Below, piece by piece: positions 8,903 through 16,733 of a stretch of DNA of 40,000 nt. Position 1 is the first letter of the stretch. The number at the start of each line of letters is the position of its first letter. The notes beneath the pieces were generated by a model. The model had not been told where the DNA came from and did no database searches. It worked only from the letters and a program-made list of their open reading frames with translations. Origin of the DNA: Candidatus Acidiferrales bacterium. GTDB lineage: Bacteria > Acidobacteriota > Terriglobia > Acidiferrales > UBA7541. The position numbers were made by a program, and so were the translations under genes. Location: the NCBI GenBank assembly GCA_050747005.1, contig JBOGNE010000027.1, positions 7,847 through 47,846 on the forward strand, given 5' to 3'.

Positions 8903-9318
8903 TTCGCAACTGGACAACTCCAAACTTGTAGCAGGCTCCTCGTGATAATCCAGCCCGCTTTGTCTGCTCGCTGCTCTGGATGGTCCTTCATATACTTGAT
9001 AACGACGTCGACGATCTGCCCGATAGTTGCCGCGTTCGGAACACAAATTGCGTTGAGTTTCCAAAACGATTTGTCGTCCGTCGCGGCTACAGCGCCTTGC
9101 AGACTTCCAATCATGTCGACAGCGCCCTCTATGTAAGCGATGCAGAAGCTATACTGAACGGAGTTAGTGTCTGCGGTACAATGATCGAATAAATCGTTCC
9201 CCGTTTCCCAGGCCCACCCGTCCGTCGTGTTCGGCGAAATGACGTGAGGGTTTTGTGCCCAAAGACAAGTTCCCGCTAAGCAGAAGCTCAAAATGCTGAC
9301 GGCCAATCTAAGTTTCAT
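8899..9318 (-). CDS. Secreted Rap1a/Tai4-like (T6SS amidase-effector immunity family) protein
   Basis: Signal peptide (MKLRLAVSILSFCLAGTCLWAQ) from the ATG at 9318. The pattern GNDLFDHC...FCIAYIEGAVDM...ICVPNAATIGQIVDVVIKYMKDHPEQRADKAGWIITRSLLQVWSCP matches my recollection of the Rap1a immunity-protein consensus. Confidence 0.55.
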   Translation of the reverse strand: MKLRLAVSILSFCLAGTCLWAQNPHVISPNTTDGWAWETGNDLFDHCTADTNSVQYSFCIAYIEGAVDMIGSLQGAVAATDDKSFWKLNAICVPNAATIGQIVDVVIKYMKDHPEQRADKAGWIITRSLLQVWSCPVAK

Positions 9319-9541
9319 TTTCCTCTCGCTCCTCTCAGAAGGACCGATATTGAATCGGATCATGGTGAATCAAATTTCTGGTGTAAGTAAGCGCGAAGTA
9401 AACACTCGGTTCCCGTGTTCTGTCAAGGCGAGTGCGCGCGGGATCGGGCAGTTGGAGAGAAAGTACGGTAAGCGGGATGCACCCCTAGGCGAATGTTCGG
9501 ATCGTACAAATGGGCAGAGCGTTTGAGCGGTGGCATGGAGT

Positions 9542-10090
9542 TCAGCGACCACGACGGCCAATCATCTTCACCGTGACGGCTTCAGTAGTTCGCGGGCCGA
9601 CGTATTTTTCCTTATAGTCCTCAATGATAATACTGCCTTCAAATATTGCCTTCAATTGCCCGGCCCTCGGCAATTCTCGGAAATTGCCCCCTCTGCCTGA
9701 CACCGTCTCCAAAAGCATACAACCGCTCGGAATAAGGGATTCCACTATGCGCGGGAAAAGCTTCCACGGAAGGAAATCAACGATGATGATTCCCCCAAGC
9801 GTGGACGCTGCAAAGGGCCACGGTTCTTTCAACACATCTAGCAGCAGAACTTTCAGTCGATCCTGGCTTCGCAAATCAAGTTCCGGTTTCCGCCGGAAAT
9901 GCGTCAACTCCTTGTCGATGCATATGACCTTACATCCCATCTGCAAGATGAATAGGGAATTGCGTCCGGAACCACACCCAATATCGGCAATCGGAAAGCC
10001 GCGCGCCGACTCGTTAAGGAATTGGGCAAAACGCCTTACGTACGCGGATGGTTTCGAGCGTGGCTGAATCGGATTGGAAGTAACGCACAC
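9542..10090 (-). CDS. Class I SAM-dependent methyltransferase
   Basis: Motif I is IADIGCGSGRNSLFILQMGCKVICIDK. GTG start. It lies 42 nt downstream of hxsC on the same strand. Confidence 0.75.
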   Translation of the reverse strand: MCVTSNPIQPRSKPSAYVRRFAQFLNESARGFPIADIGCGSGRNSLFILQMGCKVICIDKELTHFRRKPELDLRSQDRLKVLLLDVLKEPWPFAASTLGGIIIVDFLPWKLFPRIVESLIPSGCMLLETVSGRGGNFRELPRAGQLKAIFEGSIIIEDYKEKYVGPRTTEAVTVKMIGRRGR

Positions 10091-10132
10091 CTTGGCATCT
10101 CGTCTTTCTTATTGAGTATAAATTGGCTCGAA

Positions 10133-11290
10133 TTAAAATGGTTTGATGTGGTCGCTATATCGATACATCTTCGACGATGAGAAGAATCCACCGCATTCAC
10201 TCCGCCGACCACAGGAACCACAGCATTCTAGATACTCGTTCTTCCAGTCGCTTATTGATTTGCGATAGTTGCCTTCCACGTCCGCGTTCACAACGCATAA
10301 TTGATGGTTATAGACGGACGCCCGTATACCGTAAGCATTGAGCACAGCGATGGCTTGGCTCAAAGTCTCTTTATATTCATAGGGGTCGATCCAAAGAAGT
10401 TCGAGGTTGGCACGGGTGAACCCGGTAATTTCGAGACCCATGAGCGCGACATGATCGACAAACAACAAGTTCCGACAAAGGAACTCACACGTCTGCACGA
10501 GGCGTCCGATCGTTTGTTTGTGCAAGACGATCCTGACTTCGACTCGTTGACCGAATCGCTTTAGATTCAGAATCCCCTGAATGGTTTCGTCGAATGCACC
10601 ATCAGCCTGCACGACATAATCGTGACGGACGGGATCATCGGAGTACACGGGTATTGCCACAGTGCAACTAGGATGATCAACTTTCGCAAATCGTCGTGCA
10701 TAGTCCTTGTCTTTGAATTTCCTGCCATTGCTTAGAAGATCGACCGATGTGTGCGGCAGCTGTAATTTTGCGTGTCTGACGAGATCAATCAAACGGTCGC
10801 CGTACAGCGTAGGCTCGCCGCCGGTAAACGCGATCCGGCGTGCGTCCTTTGGCATAAGACTTATCAAATTGAATGCTCTTCGCAACAAATGTGAATCCTC
10901 AATCTGTTTTGGGGGTTGAGAGCACATCAGACAGTAGTGGTTACACTGTTCGGTCAAAAGGATCGAATTGTTGAAGGAGTTCTTACGGAACAGAGTTTGT
11001 AGATAATTTCTGGCACCGTCTAGATGAACGATGTCGCCATTTGCAAGATAGCTGAAATGCGTAGGAAGAATATAGATATTGCCAGTGCGAAGCGGCTTGG
11101 AGCTTTCATTTAGATGACCAGATATTAGCTGGACTCCGTAACCCGTAACGTCTTGGGGCCTGTCGGTTAGGAGCGCAAAGCGCCCCCGAATCGGCAGCGG
11201 GAGCCCGGCATCACTGGTAATTACATATAGCGAGCTGGGGACGCCTGTCGCCTGTTGAATTGGATCAATGCGCCCGCCAAGCTTTAACAT
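10133..11290 (-). CDS. hxsC: His-Xaa-Ser system radical SAM maturase HxsC-like
   Basis: Radical SAM CxxxCxxC motif (CNHYCLMC, nt 10922-10945) and a Cys-rich C-terminus (CCGSCGRRSECGG). Its start overlaps the hxsB stop (ATGTTAA at 11284-11290). It sits in an HxsA/D/B/C context. Confidence 0.75.
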   Translation of the reverse strand: MLKLGGRIDPIQQATGVPSSLYVITSDAGLPLPIRGRFALLTDRPQDVTGYGVQLISGHLNESSKPLRTGNIYILPTHFSYLANGDIVHLDGARNYLQTLFRKNSFNNSILLTEQCNHYCLMCSQPPKQIEDSHLLRRAFNLISLMPKDARRIAFTGGEPTLYGDRLIDLVRHAKLQLPHTSVDLLSNGRKFKDKDYARRFAKVDHPSCTVAIPVYSDDPVRHDYVVQADGAFDETIQGILNLKRFGQRVEVRIVLHKQTIGRLVQTCEFLCRNLLFVDHVALMGLEITGFTRANLELLWIDPYEYKETLSQAIAVLNAYGIRASVYNHQLCVVNADVEGNYRKSISDWKNEYLECCGSCGRRSECGGFFSSSKMYRYSDHIKPF

Positions 11291-12768
11291 CTGTTAGCCC
11301 AATTCACAAAAAGCCGTCTCACAAATGGATCACTTCTCATTGATTCGATGAGGTGCCGACAGATTGCCATGTTTCGGCGGCAAAATTCAGATTCCGGCTT
11401 TAACCCTACGTGATCGCCATGGGTCGCCCAATGAAACACAGGGTCGGCGCCACAATAGGGCTCAAAGGCGCAATCGTGGCACATGGGATTGCTGTACGCG
11501 AACGAATCCTCCAAAGGATTAATTAAGCTTGGCGATAGAAAAATGTCCTCATATGAATGCTGTCGGACGTGTCCAAGTCGAAAATGATGATCTCCCATTT
11601 CGGCGAGCATTCGACTTTCATCGGATGCATAAACGTATCCATCGTAATTGTAGACTACGGCAGCGATGCCAATGCCAGCAGGACTCATCAAATCGACGTA
11701 ACCTGGATCGCGACTCGTGAACATTTTGGCCAGAATTGTACTCGCATAGAACTCGGTAAAAGCTATTCCTTGTTTGTTGAGGCTGATTACGTACTCTAGG
11801 CCCTGCTTATAAAAATCGAGCCATCGGTCCGTGTTATAGCGCATGTAAGACTTCGTCTTGATTGCGAAGCCGTACGGCGAAAGAGGCCGGAGGAATATTC
11901 TGTCGAAGCGCTGTAAGAGGTATTCGTCAATAATGTCCTTCACTCGACCAAGACTTCGTTCAGTGGTGGTCATCAGCGCTCCAACCCTATCGCTCCCGAT
12001 AAACTCTCGCGCCGTCCGAATTCCGTCTATTGTTCTTTCGTAGCTATCTCCTCCGGGCCGCGGTCGATTCGAATTGTGCAAATCCTGAGGGCCGTCTAGG
12101 GAGGTCGAGATATTGATCTCGTGCTCAGCACAAAAGGTAAGGATATCGCGATCAACCAGAGCCAGATTCGTCGCAATGACAAATTCGATCCGTTTGTCGA
12201 CGTTGCGGCGCTCTGCTTCCCGAACGATATGCGCAATCAAAGGAAAATTCAGTAGCGGCTCGCCGCCTTGGAACTCAATCTTGATAGTGGAAGCGGGAGA
12301 GCGTAACGCGAGGCCTAATGCTGCGTCGGCATCAGTGACCGACATGTCAAATTGGATCTTGTTGTCAGATTGTCGGGACACCTGACAGTACTGACAACTG
12401 TGTTCACACCGAAGTGTGACAACAAAAAGATGTAATCCCGTAAAATCTGCGAGTCGTTCATACCTGCTACGCAGCTTAATTGCCAATAAGTCAGGCGCTA
12501 AACGCGTACTGTCGTCCGTGAGGAAATGCCGGGCGCGCAAATCGATATAGACAGCACTCTCGTCTGCCAATTGGTGGTTGATTAGTTGGCGGAGTTCGTT
12601 CTTAGGGAGGACCAGAAAGTCGCCAGCAATGTTCGAAAGTACGTACTCGGTATCGTTTAGCTCGGTAAAACGGAACGGTAGGAGGCGATAGTCATGGGAC
12701 CTAGGTTTGTAGGATTCGATTTGATGAAATTCACTCATCAGCGATGAGGCCCGTTTTCGAAAAAACAT
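11284..12768 (-). CDS. hxsB: His-Xaa-Ser system radical SAM maturase HxsB-like (rSAM with SPASM-like C-terminal Cys cluster)
   Basis: CxxxCxxC motif (CEHSCQYC, nt 12385-12408), GGEPLL, and C-terminal CHDCAFEPYCGADP. The alternative ATG at 12738 (MSEFHQ) is equally possible. It overlaps the end of hxsD. Confidence 0.75.
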   Translation of the reverse strand: MFFRKRASSLMSEFHQIESYKPRSHDYRLLPFRFTELNDTEYVLSNIAGDFLVLPKNELRQLINHQLADESAVYIDLRARHFLTDDSTRLAPDLLAIKLRSRYERLADFTGLHLFVVTLRCEHSCQYCQVSRQSDNKIQFDMSVTDADAALGLALRSPASTIKIEFQGGEPLLNFPLIAHIVREAERRNVDKRIEFVIATNLALVDRDILTFCAEHEINISTSLDGPQDLHNSNRPRPGGDSYERTIDGIRTAREFIGSDRVGALMTTTERSLGRVKDIIDEYLLQRFDRIFLRPLSPYGFAIKTKSYMRYNTDRWLDFYKQGLEYVISLNKQGIAFTEFYASTILAKMFTSRDPGYVDLMSPAGIGIAAVVYNYDGYVYASDESRMLAEMGDHHFRLGHVRQHSYEDIFLSPSLINPLEDSFAYSNPMCHDCAFEPYCGADPVFHWATHGDHVGLKPESEFCRRNMAICRHLIESMRSDPFVRRLFVNWANRC

Positions 12769-13030
12769 GAGCGAGAATGAGATTTCGAATCGGCTCGGTC
12801 TCCGCCTTCAATTTGAGGCGTAGGTCCTGGTCGAGTACCTCTTTCTTAAGACGGTCTACTTGGGCCTGTGCCGTTACCTCTGAAACGTTGTCGCTAAAGG
12901 TGAGATGGCAGATGATGCTGCGGTCGGATATTTCGATATCCGGCGTGAAACGGTCAAGAAATACGTAGCATGCCGCCTTAACTGCATCTACTGAGAAAAC
13001 TGTCAAGTCGAAGCTGACATCTATCGTCAT
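12731..13030 (-). CDS. hxsD: His-Xaa-Ser system protein HxsD-like (small accessory protein)
   Basis: 99-aa ORF between hxsA and hxsB, in the position HxsD occupies in the described cassette. The segment EVLDQDLRLK loosely resembles the family signature I recall (LLNDYxLRE). The assignment is mainly by context. Confidence 0.55.
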   Translation of the reverse strand: MTIDVSFDLTVFSVDAVKAACYVFLDRFTPDIEISDRSIICHLTFSDNVSEVTAQAQVDRLKKEVLDQDLRLKLKAETEPIRNLILAHVFSKTGLIADE

Positions 13031-13126
13031 AGTGATGCCGTCGAAGTGTGATGAGAGATTTCTCGCGACTGATTCCCATCACGGCTGCTCTCGCCCCTCC
13101 GTACAAAACTGGAGATGACGCCGCGT

Positions 13127-13465
13127 TTAGAAACCGGAGGAGTGGGACGAATGCGAACTGTGAGACGAATGAGAATCATGGGACGACGAACCGTGGGACG
13201 AGTGCGAGACATGAGATGAGTGCGATCCATGTGAAACATGCGATGAGTGCTGCGCCGAAAGCACCCCATCCGACAGCTTCAACAGAAGAGCATGCTCTTC
13301 GCCGTTACTCAGATAATGGTGCGCGAAAGTCTTAGCCGCCGATAATTGGGAGACATCGGGGGCACTCTCGATTATGGCCTCAGGCTTAGCAGTCACTTTG
13401 GAAGCGTTCACGGCAACAACGCTCGCAGCCACGCTAACTGGAATAAGAAATTTGTAGCGCTTCAT
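13127..13465 (-). CDS. hxsA: His-Xaa-Ser repeat protein HxsA (putative secreted precursor)
   Basis: The ATG at 13465 is preceded by GGAGG. Signal peptide MKRYKFLIPVSVAASVVAVNA. The C-terminal tract is HSSHVSHGSHSSHVSHSSHGSSSHDSHSSHSSHSSHSSGF. Confidence 0.8.
   Translation of the reverse strand: MKRYKFLIPVSVAASVVAVNASKVTAKPEAIIESAPDVSQLSAAKTFAHHYLSNGEEHALLLKLSDGVLSAQHSSHVSHGSHSSHVSHSSHGSSSHDSHSSHSSHSSHSSGF
13136..13249 (-). repeat. Tandem short-period (6-9 nt) coding repeat specifying the His-Xaa-Ser tract of HxsA
   Basis: On the plus strand the tract reads as reiterated (g/c)gag(t/a)g / cga(a/t)tg units. It translates as about 12 H-x-S / H-S-S units. Confidence 0.7.
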
Positions 13466-13487
13466 TTGAACCTCCACGATCCCTAGC

Positions 13488-13516
13488 GTTATAGACCTAG
13501 GGCAGGTACTTGTCCA
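13488..13516 (-). promoter_or_regulatory. Putative sigma70-type promoter of the hxs operon
   Basis: The minus strand reads TGGACA, then a 17-nt spacer, then TATAAC (-35 at 13511-13516, -10 at 13488-13493). This lies about 20 nt upstream of the hxsA GGAGG/ATG. The spacer and -10 overlap a ccctag...ctaggg palindrome (13481-13502). Confidence 0.3.
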
Positions 13517-13689
13517 GTAATATCAGCGCCCGGCCCAGCTCGTCCGTCGGATTACGCGCGCCGAATTGGCTCCATTGGCTGTCATGTTGCGTAATCGAAA
13601 CACAGACTGATTCAGTGATAGAAAAATTTAACTCTTTAAGAGTAATGCACCATTAGCTGATACATCATTTTTTGCGGTAAAGGTCACTT

Positions 13690-15231
13690 TCACTCATCCC
13701 GTGAGACACCAACGAGTTGTGCAAGGACTTGCCAATGCCTTGAATGAGGAATCCGGCGACCTTTGCGAATATCTACGGCGTATGAAATTGAAATGCCGAG
13801 CTTCGATGCCAACACGGAGAGCGTGAGACTCGGCAATCGGGATTGAATTTCGTTCTCGTAAGTTTCCTTGGTGAGCCATTCCGGGTTCATCGATTCCTTC
13901 CATGCATACCGGGCAGTGGCGTGTCCTTGTTGTGTTTTTCCCCGGTGAGCTTGTGCCTGATCACTTTGAGCGGCTACACGTCCCTTTACTGCGGCTTTGA
14001 TAAGCCCGGCAGTAGTCAGAGTCATTGAACAGCTTGCGCAGTACGTGCGACCTCGTGGTATCGCTATTGTGCAGACGCGACAGAAACTTTCCGGACGGGG
14101 AGCCTTTGAAGGAGATGCCGGTAACACCCCTTTGACTTCGCAACGGTGAAGCTGCGTTAACCGCGTTGCCAGACGGGGCTTGCTGCTCGCTTTTCGTATG
14201 GTCAACCATAGCGCCTGTGCAACCCATTCTGCTATGGGCGCGACCGCACCGGACCAAGTGGCGGCAGTTTCAGAAAGCCGACCGGCGAACGATCCCATAA
14301 GACGGCAGTTGCCATCACGCTGCTCAAAGAACCATTCACGCCTAAGAGTTTCCCGGCTGATCCATTCCAACACATAGCGATCTACTTGCGGGCGAATTGG
14401 TTCCATGACATCGCATGCGAGGCTGTCATGGGCCGGTGAGTCGGTGTGCAACACTCCGAGACCGGGATCGAGTCCAAGCGCGGATATGGCCAACCGCGTT
14501 TCCGATTCCAGTAGTGCATAGAGATAATTGAGCATTGCGTTTGCAGGGTTTGCCGCGAGCCGAGGTGATCCCGTTAACGGCGAAAAACGAGTGCCGAAAA
14601 CTCGCCAATGTTCGGGAACTCGGTGAAGATCGCTCTTCGAAAAATTAATCGCACGATCTCTCCATGCGCCCCAATAGAAGCGTGCCGCCCGCGATTCGAG
14701 CAACCGAATAGCTCCAATGCTCTGCGCCGTCGCAATTCCCGGGCGAATCTGGGAGATGAGTTGCGCTACCGTTTCGTCCTGCAAGCTGACGCGAGCGACT
14801 TTTTCCTGTGCGTCCAATTTTCGGATGATCAATTCTCGGGCGATCTCTAACGCAGCCCCCGAATGACTAGCAAGCGCTTGAGCACGTCGCAATCGAGCAT
14901 CGGACGGTCGCACCGGGCCGGTCGTGGCAAGCACTGACCCGTCCCGCTCAAGCATAATGAAAGAAGCATCTTGATCAGCCAACCAACGGAGTGCAGCAAG
15001 CGATACCATTCCGTCGGCTCCAATTACCACGAGGCGGCGGATTCCATGGCCCACGCGAGCGAAACGGCCTTGACGGCGCACAACACCGATCCCGTCCCGC
15101 ATGCATAAGTGACCACGATCAACATGCACGTTGATACCGTAACCAAAGAGGGTAATGACACCGTACTCGGGTTTGATTGGCGTGAAATTGCAGTGGTGAG
15201 GCGGATGCGGTAGGGTCTGCGTAGCTGCCAT
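13690..15231 (-). CDS. cas1: Cas1-family integrase (casposase) with C-terminal Zn-ribbon and HTH
   Basis: The Cas1 core is NAMLNYLYALLESETRLAISALGLDPGLGVLHTDSPAHDSLACDVMEPIRPQVD, so catalytic E, H and D/E are present. The C-terminal part carries CRVCTIAIPRGRTYCASC plus the HTH-like LSVLASKLGISISYAVDIRKGRR. The ATG at 15231 is preceded by AAGGAGG. The track GTG start at 15315 is an alternative. Confidence 0.85.
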   Translation of the reverse strand: MAATQTLPHPPHHCNFTPIKPEYGVITLFGYGINVHVDRGHLCMRDGIGVVRRQGRFARVGHGIRRLVVIGADGMVSLAALRWLADQDASFIMLERDGSVLATTGPVRPSDARLRRAQALASHSGAALEIARELIIRKLDAQEKVARVSLQDETVAQLISQIRPGIATAQSIGAIRLLESRAARFYWGAWRDRAINFSKSDLHRVPEHWRVFGTRFSPLTGSPRLAANPANAMLNYLYALLESETRLAISALGLDPGLGVLHTDSPAHDSLACDVMEPIRPQVDRYVLEWISRETLRREWFFEQRDGNCRLMGSFAGRLSETAATWSGAVAPIAEWVAQALWLTIRKASSKPRLATRLTQLHRCEVKGVLPASPSKAPRPESFCRVCTIAIPRGRTYCASCSMTLTTAGLIKAAVKGRVAAQSDQAQAHRGKTQQGHATARYAWKESMNPEWLTKETYENEIQSRLPSLTLSVLASKLGISISYAVDIRKGRRIPHSRHWQVLAQLVGVSRDE

Positions 15232-15331
15232 TGGAGCTAGACCTCCTTTGGTGGTTAGGGCTTGTCGTCTGCTCGCAACAGGCGGCAGGCCCGCTTTTCG
15301 AGTGAATTTTACCACGGGCAGGGTTCACAAT

Positions 15332-16129
15332 TCAGCCTCCGCGAAACCAGTCTCCACAAGACAGAAAAACCGCAAGGCTCGTCGGATAACGCGGGGCTAT
15401 TCTGAACCTACATCTCCAGCACGAGCACGCGGCGCTATGCTTCAATTTTCGTATGATCTCCACGGCCGTTGAGGGCGCAAGACGAAGAGTTAAACCCGCC
15501 ATAACACGAGCGAGATATTCGATCCGCCGATAATCTCCCGATTTTCGCTGATCGCGCGAAGGATATCTAGCATCAAGCTTCGCTCGACAGAATTCTTCAG
15601 CCCGCTCGTACAACACTCGTCTCCAATACCAGTAGTCGGCGAAGCCGCCCCCAGGGAAGTCCCGGCGTGTTTTGAGCCAAATCTTTGATCGTTTGCAAAT
15701 TCGCCGCACCTGCGCACCCGTTTCTGCTCGCTTCAATGCTTCCCATAGGCCGCGCTCCGCTGGAATTGCGGGAGCCGTGAACGGGAGAGAGGTCAGACTC
15801 ATCATGTCTGCTTCAAATTGATCTTCTTCTTCCTGCACGCGCATTTTCCAGGTCCGCAACTCGTCGGGTGTCGTGCTGAACTTCGGCTGAGTAATGACAC
15901 GCGGCATATCTCCGAATTTCTGAATGAACACCTGTTGTTGACCGGTTCCGCTCTTTTTTATGAACGCGCCTCCGCTTCGCACCCACGTTTCGATCTCTGG
16001 ATTGCCATCTCGCAGACCGCGAAAGGTGTCGACCCAAAGATACTCATATTTCACCAACTGCTCGAAATCGACTTTCGTCGGTCTGCCAACTCTCCGTTTA
16101 TCAGTGCCTTGAAAGGGTTTCGTCCCCAA
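15332..16129 (-). CDS. Hypothetical protein (casposon core-adjacent, unknown function)
   Basis: 265-aa ORF immediately upstream of cas1 on the same strand. TTG start (uncertain). It has an N-terminal basic segment (KRRVGRPTK) and a C-terminal CSCWRC. I recognise no family. Confidence 0.45.
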   Translation of the reverse strand: MGTKPFQGTDKRRVGRPTKVDFEQLVKYEYLWVDTFRGLRDGNPEIETWVRSGGAFIKKSGTGQQQVFIQKFGDMPRVITQPKFSTTPDELRTWKMRVQEEEDQFEADMMSLTSLPFTAPAIPAERGLWEALKRAETGAQVRRICKRSKIWLKTRRDFPGGGFADYWYWRRVLYERAEEFCRAKLDARYPSRDQRKSGDYRRIEYLARVMAGLTLRLAPSTAVEIIRKLKHSAACSCWRCRFRIAPRYPTSLAVFLSCGDWFRGG

Positions 16130-16184
16130 ATCCCCAGAATTCGAATTGAGTCTACGTCAATTTCTATGAAACCTTGCACGCATT

Positions 16185-16733
16185 ATGGCTAAGAGAGAAC
16201 AAAAGAAGCAAAGGCACGGAGCTAGAAAGTCTCGTGAAACCGCAGCGAAAACGCTGAATGATTTTTCATCAAGATCAACGACATTTCAGGACACGTGGAA
16301 TCGGGTCACTCACGCAGTCTCGAAAATGCGGTCACACGGAATGTCGCTCAAAGAGGCTTCGCGCGAGTTTGGCCTGAACCCGCGCACAACTCTGCGACTG
16401 GGAAAGCCAGCACTGCGGAAAAACAAGAGTGGACGATATGTGGCTAAAGCCAGTGACAAACTCCTGCGAGTTCTGGTTTTGCCAACTGAGAAGGGTGTGC
16501 GCGAGATAGCAGTGCGCAGTTCAAAGGAAGCAAGTCTTATCGGGGAATATTGGGCAGCCGTCCAAAAGTACTTGGCAACGGGCGATGTATCACGCCTGAA
16601 GAAAATTCGCCGCAAGACCATAAGGGATGCCAATCGCAAACGGCTTCCACTACTAACCAACCTGGAGAAATTAGACCAGCAGGCATCGGCGGGAATTCTC
16701 GGGTTCGAATCGATCTATGGGGGAATTGCCTGA
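16185..16733 (+). CDS. Hypothetical HTH-containing protein
   Basis: 182-aa basic ORF with an HTH-like segment (MSLKEASREFGLNPRTTLRL). It is the first gene of the plus-strand polB operon and is divergent from 15332..16129. Confidence 0.5.
   Translation: MAKREQKKQRHGARKSRETAAKTLNDFSSRSTTFQDTWNRVTHAVSKMRSHGMSLKEASREFGLNPRTTLRLGKPALRKNKSGRYVAKASDKLLRVLVLPTEKGVREIAVRSSKEASLIGEYWAAVQKYLATGDVSRLKKIRRKTIRDANRKRLPLLTNLEKLDQQASAGILGFESIYGGIA

Noticed and set aside
8750-9064. Track ORF 8750..9064 (-) as an independent gene
   Set aside because: Most of it is an out-of-frame overlap of the Rap1a-like gene, and its product is Arg/Gly-rich nonsense. Only its segment at 8861-8902 is meaningful, as the displaced N-terminus of the TIR-like gene.
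13136-13249. Tandem repeat in hxsA as a possible CRISPR-like or minisatellite array
   Set aside because: The period is only 6-9 nt with no unique spacers. It is fully explained as coding sequence for the His-Xaa-Ser tract.
13027-13335. Track ORFs 13027..13269 (-) and 13048..13335 (+) overlapping hxsA
   Set aside because: These are alternative-frame and antisense readings of the low-complexity repeat. Their products are Arg/Thr/His-rich nonsense. The hxsA frame has an SD site, a signal peptide and operon context.
13690-15315. Cas1 gene as part of a CRISPR-Cas adaptation module
   Set aside because: No cas2, no other cas genes and no repeat-spacer array anywhere in the 40 kb. The gene instead sits with polB between TIRs, and its C-terminal Zn-ribbon/HTH tail is casposase-like.
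16701-16712. gggttcgaatcg, a tRNA T-loop-like string
   Set aside because: The flanking bases do not form a T-stem or an acceptor stem, and the string lies inside the well-supported ORF 16185..16733.
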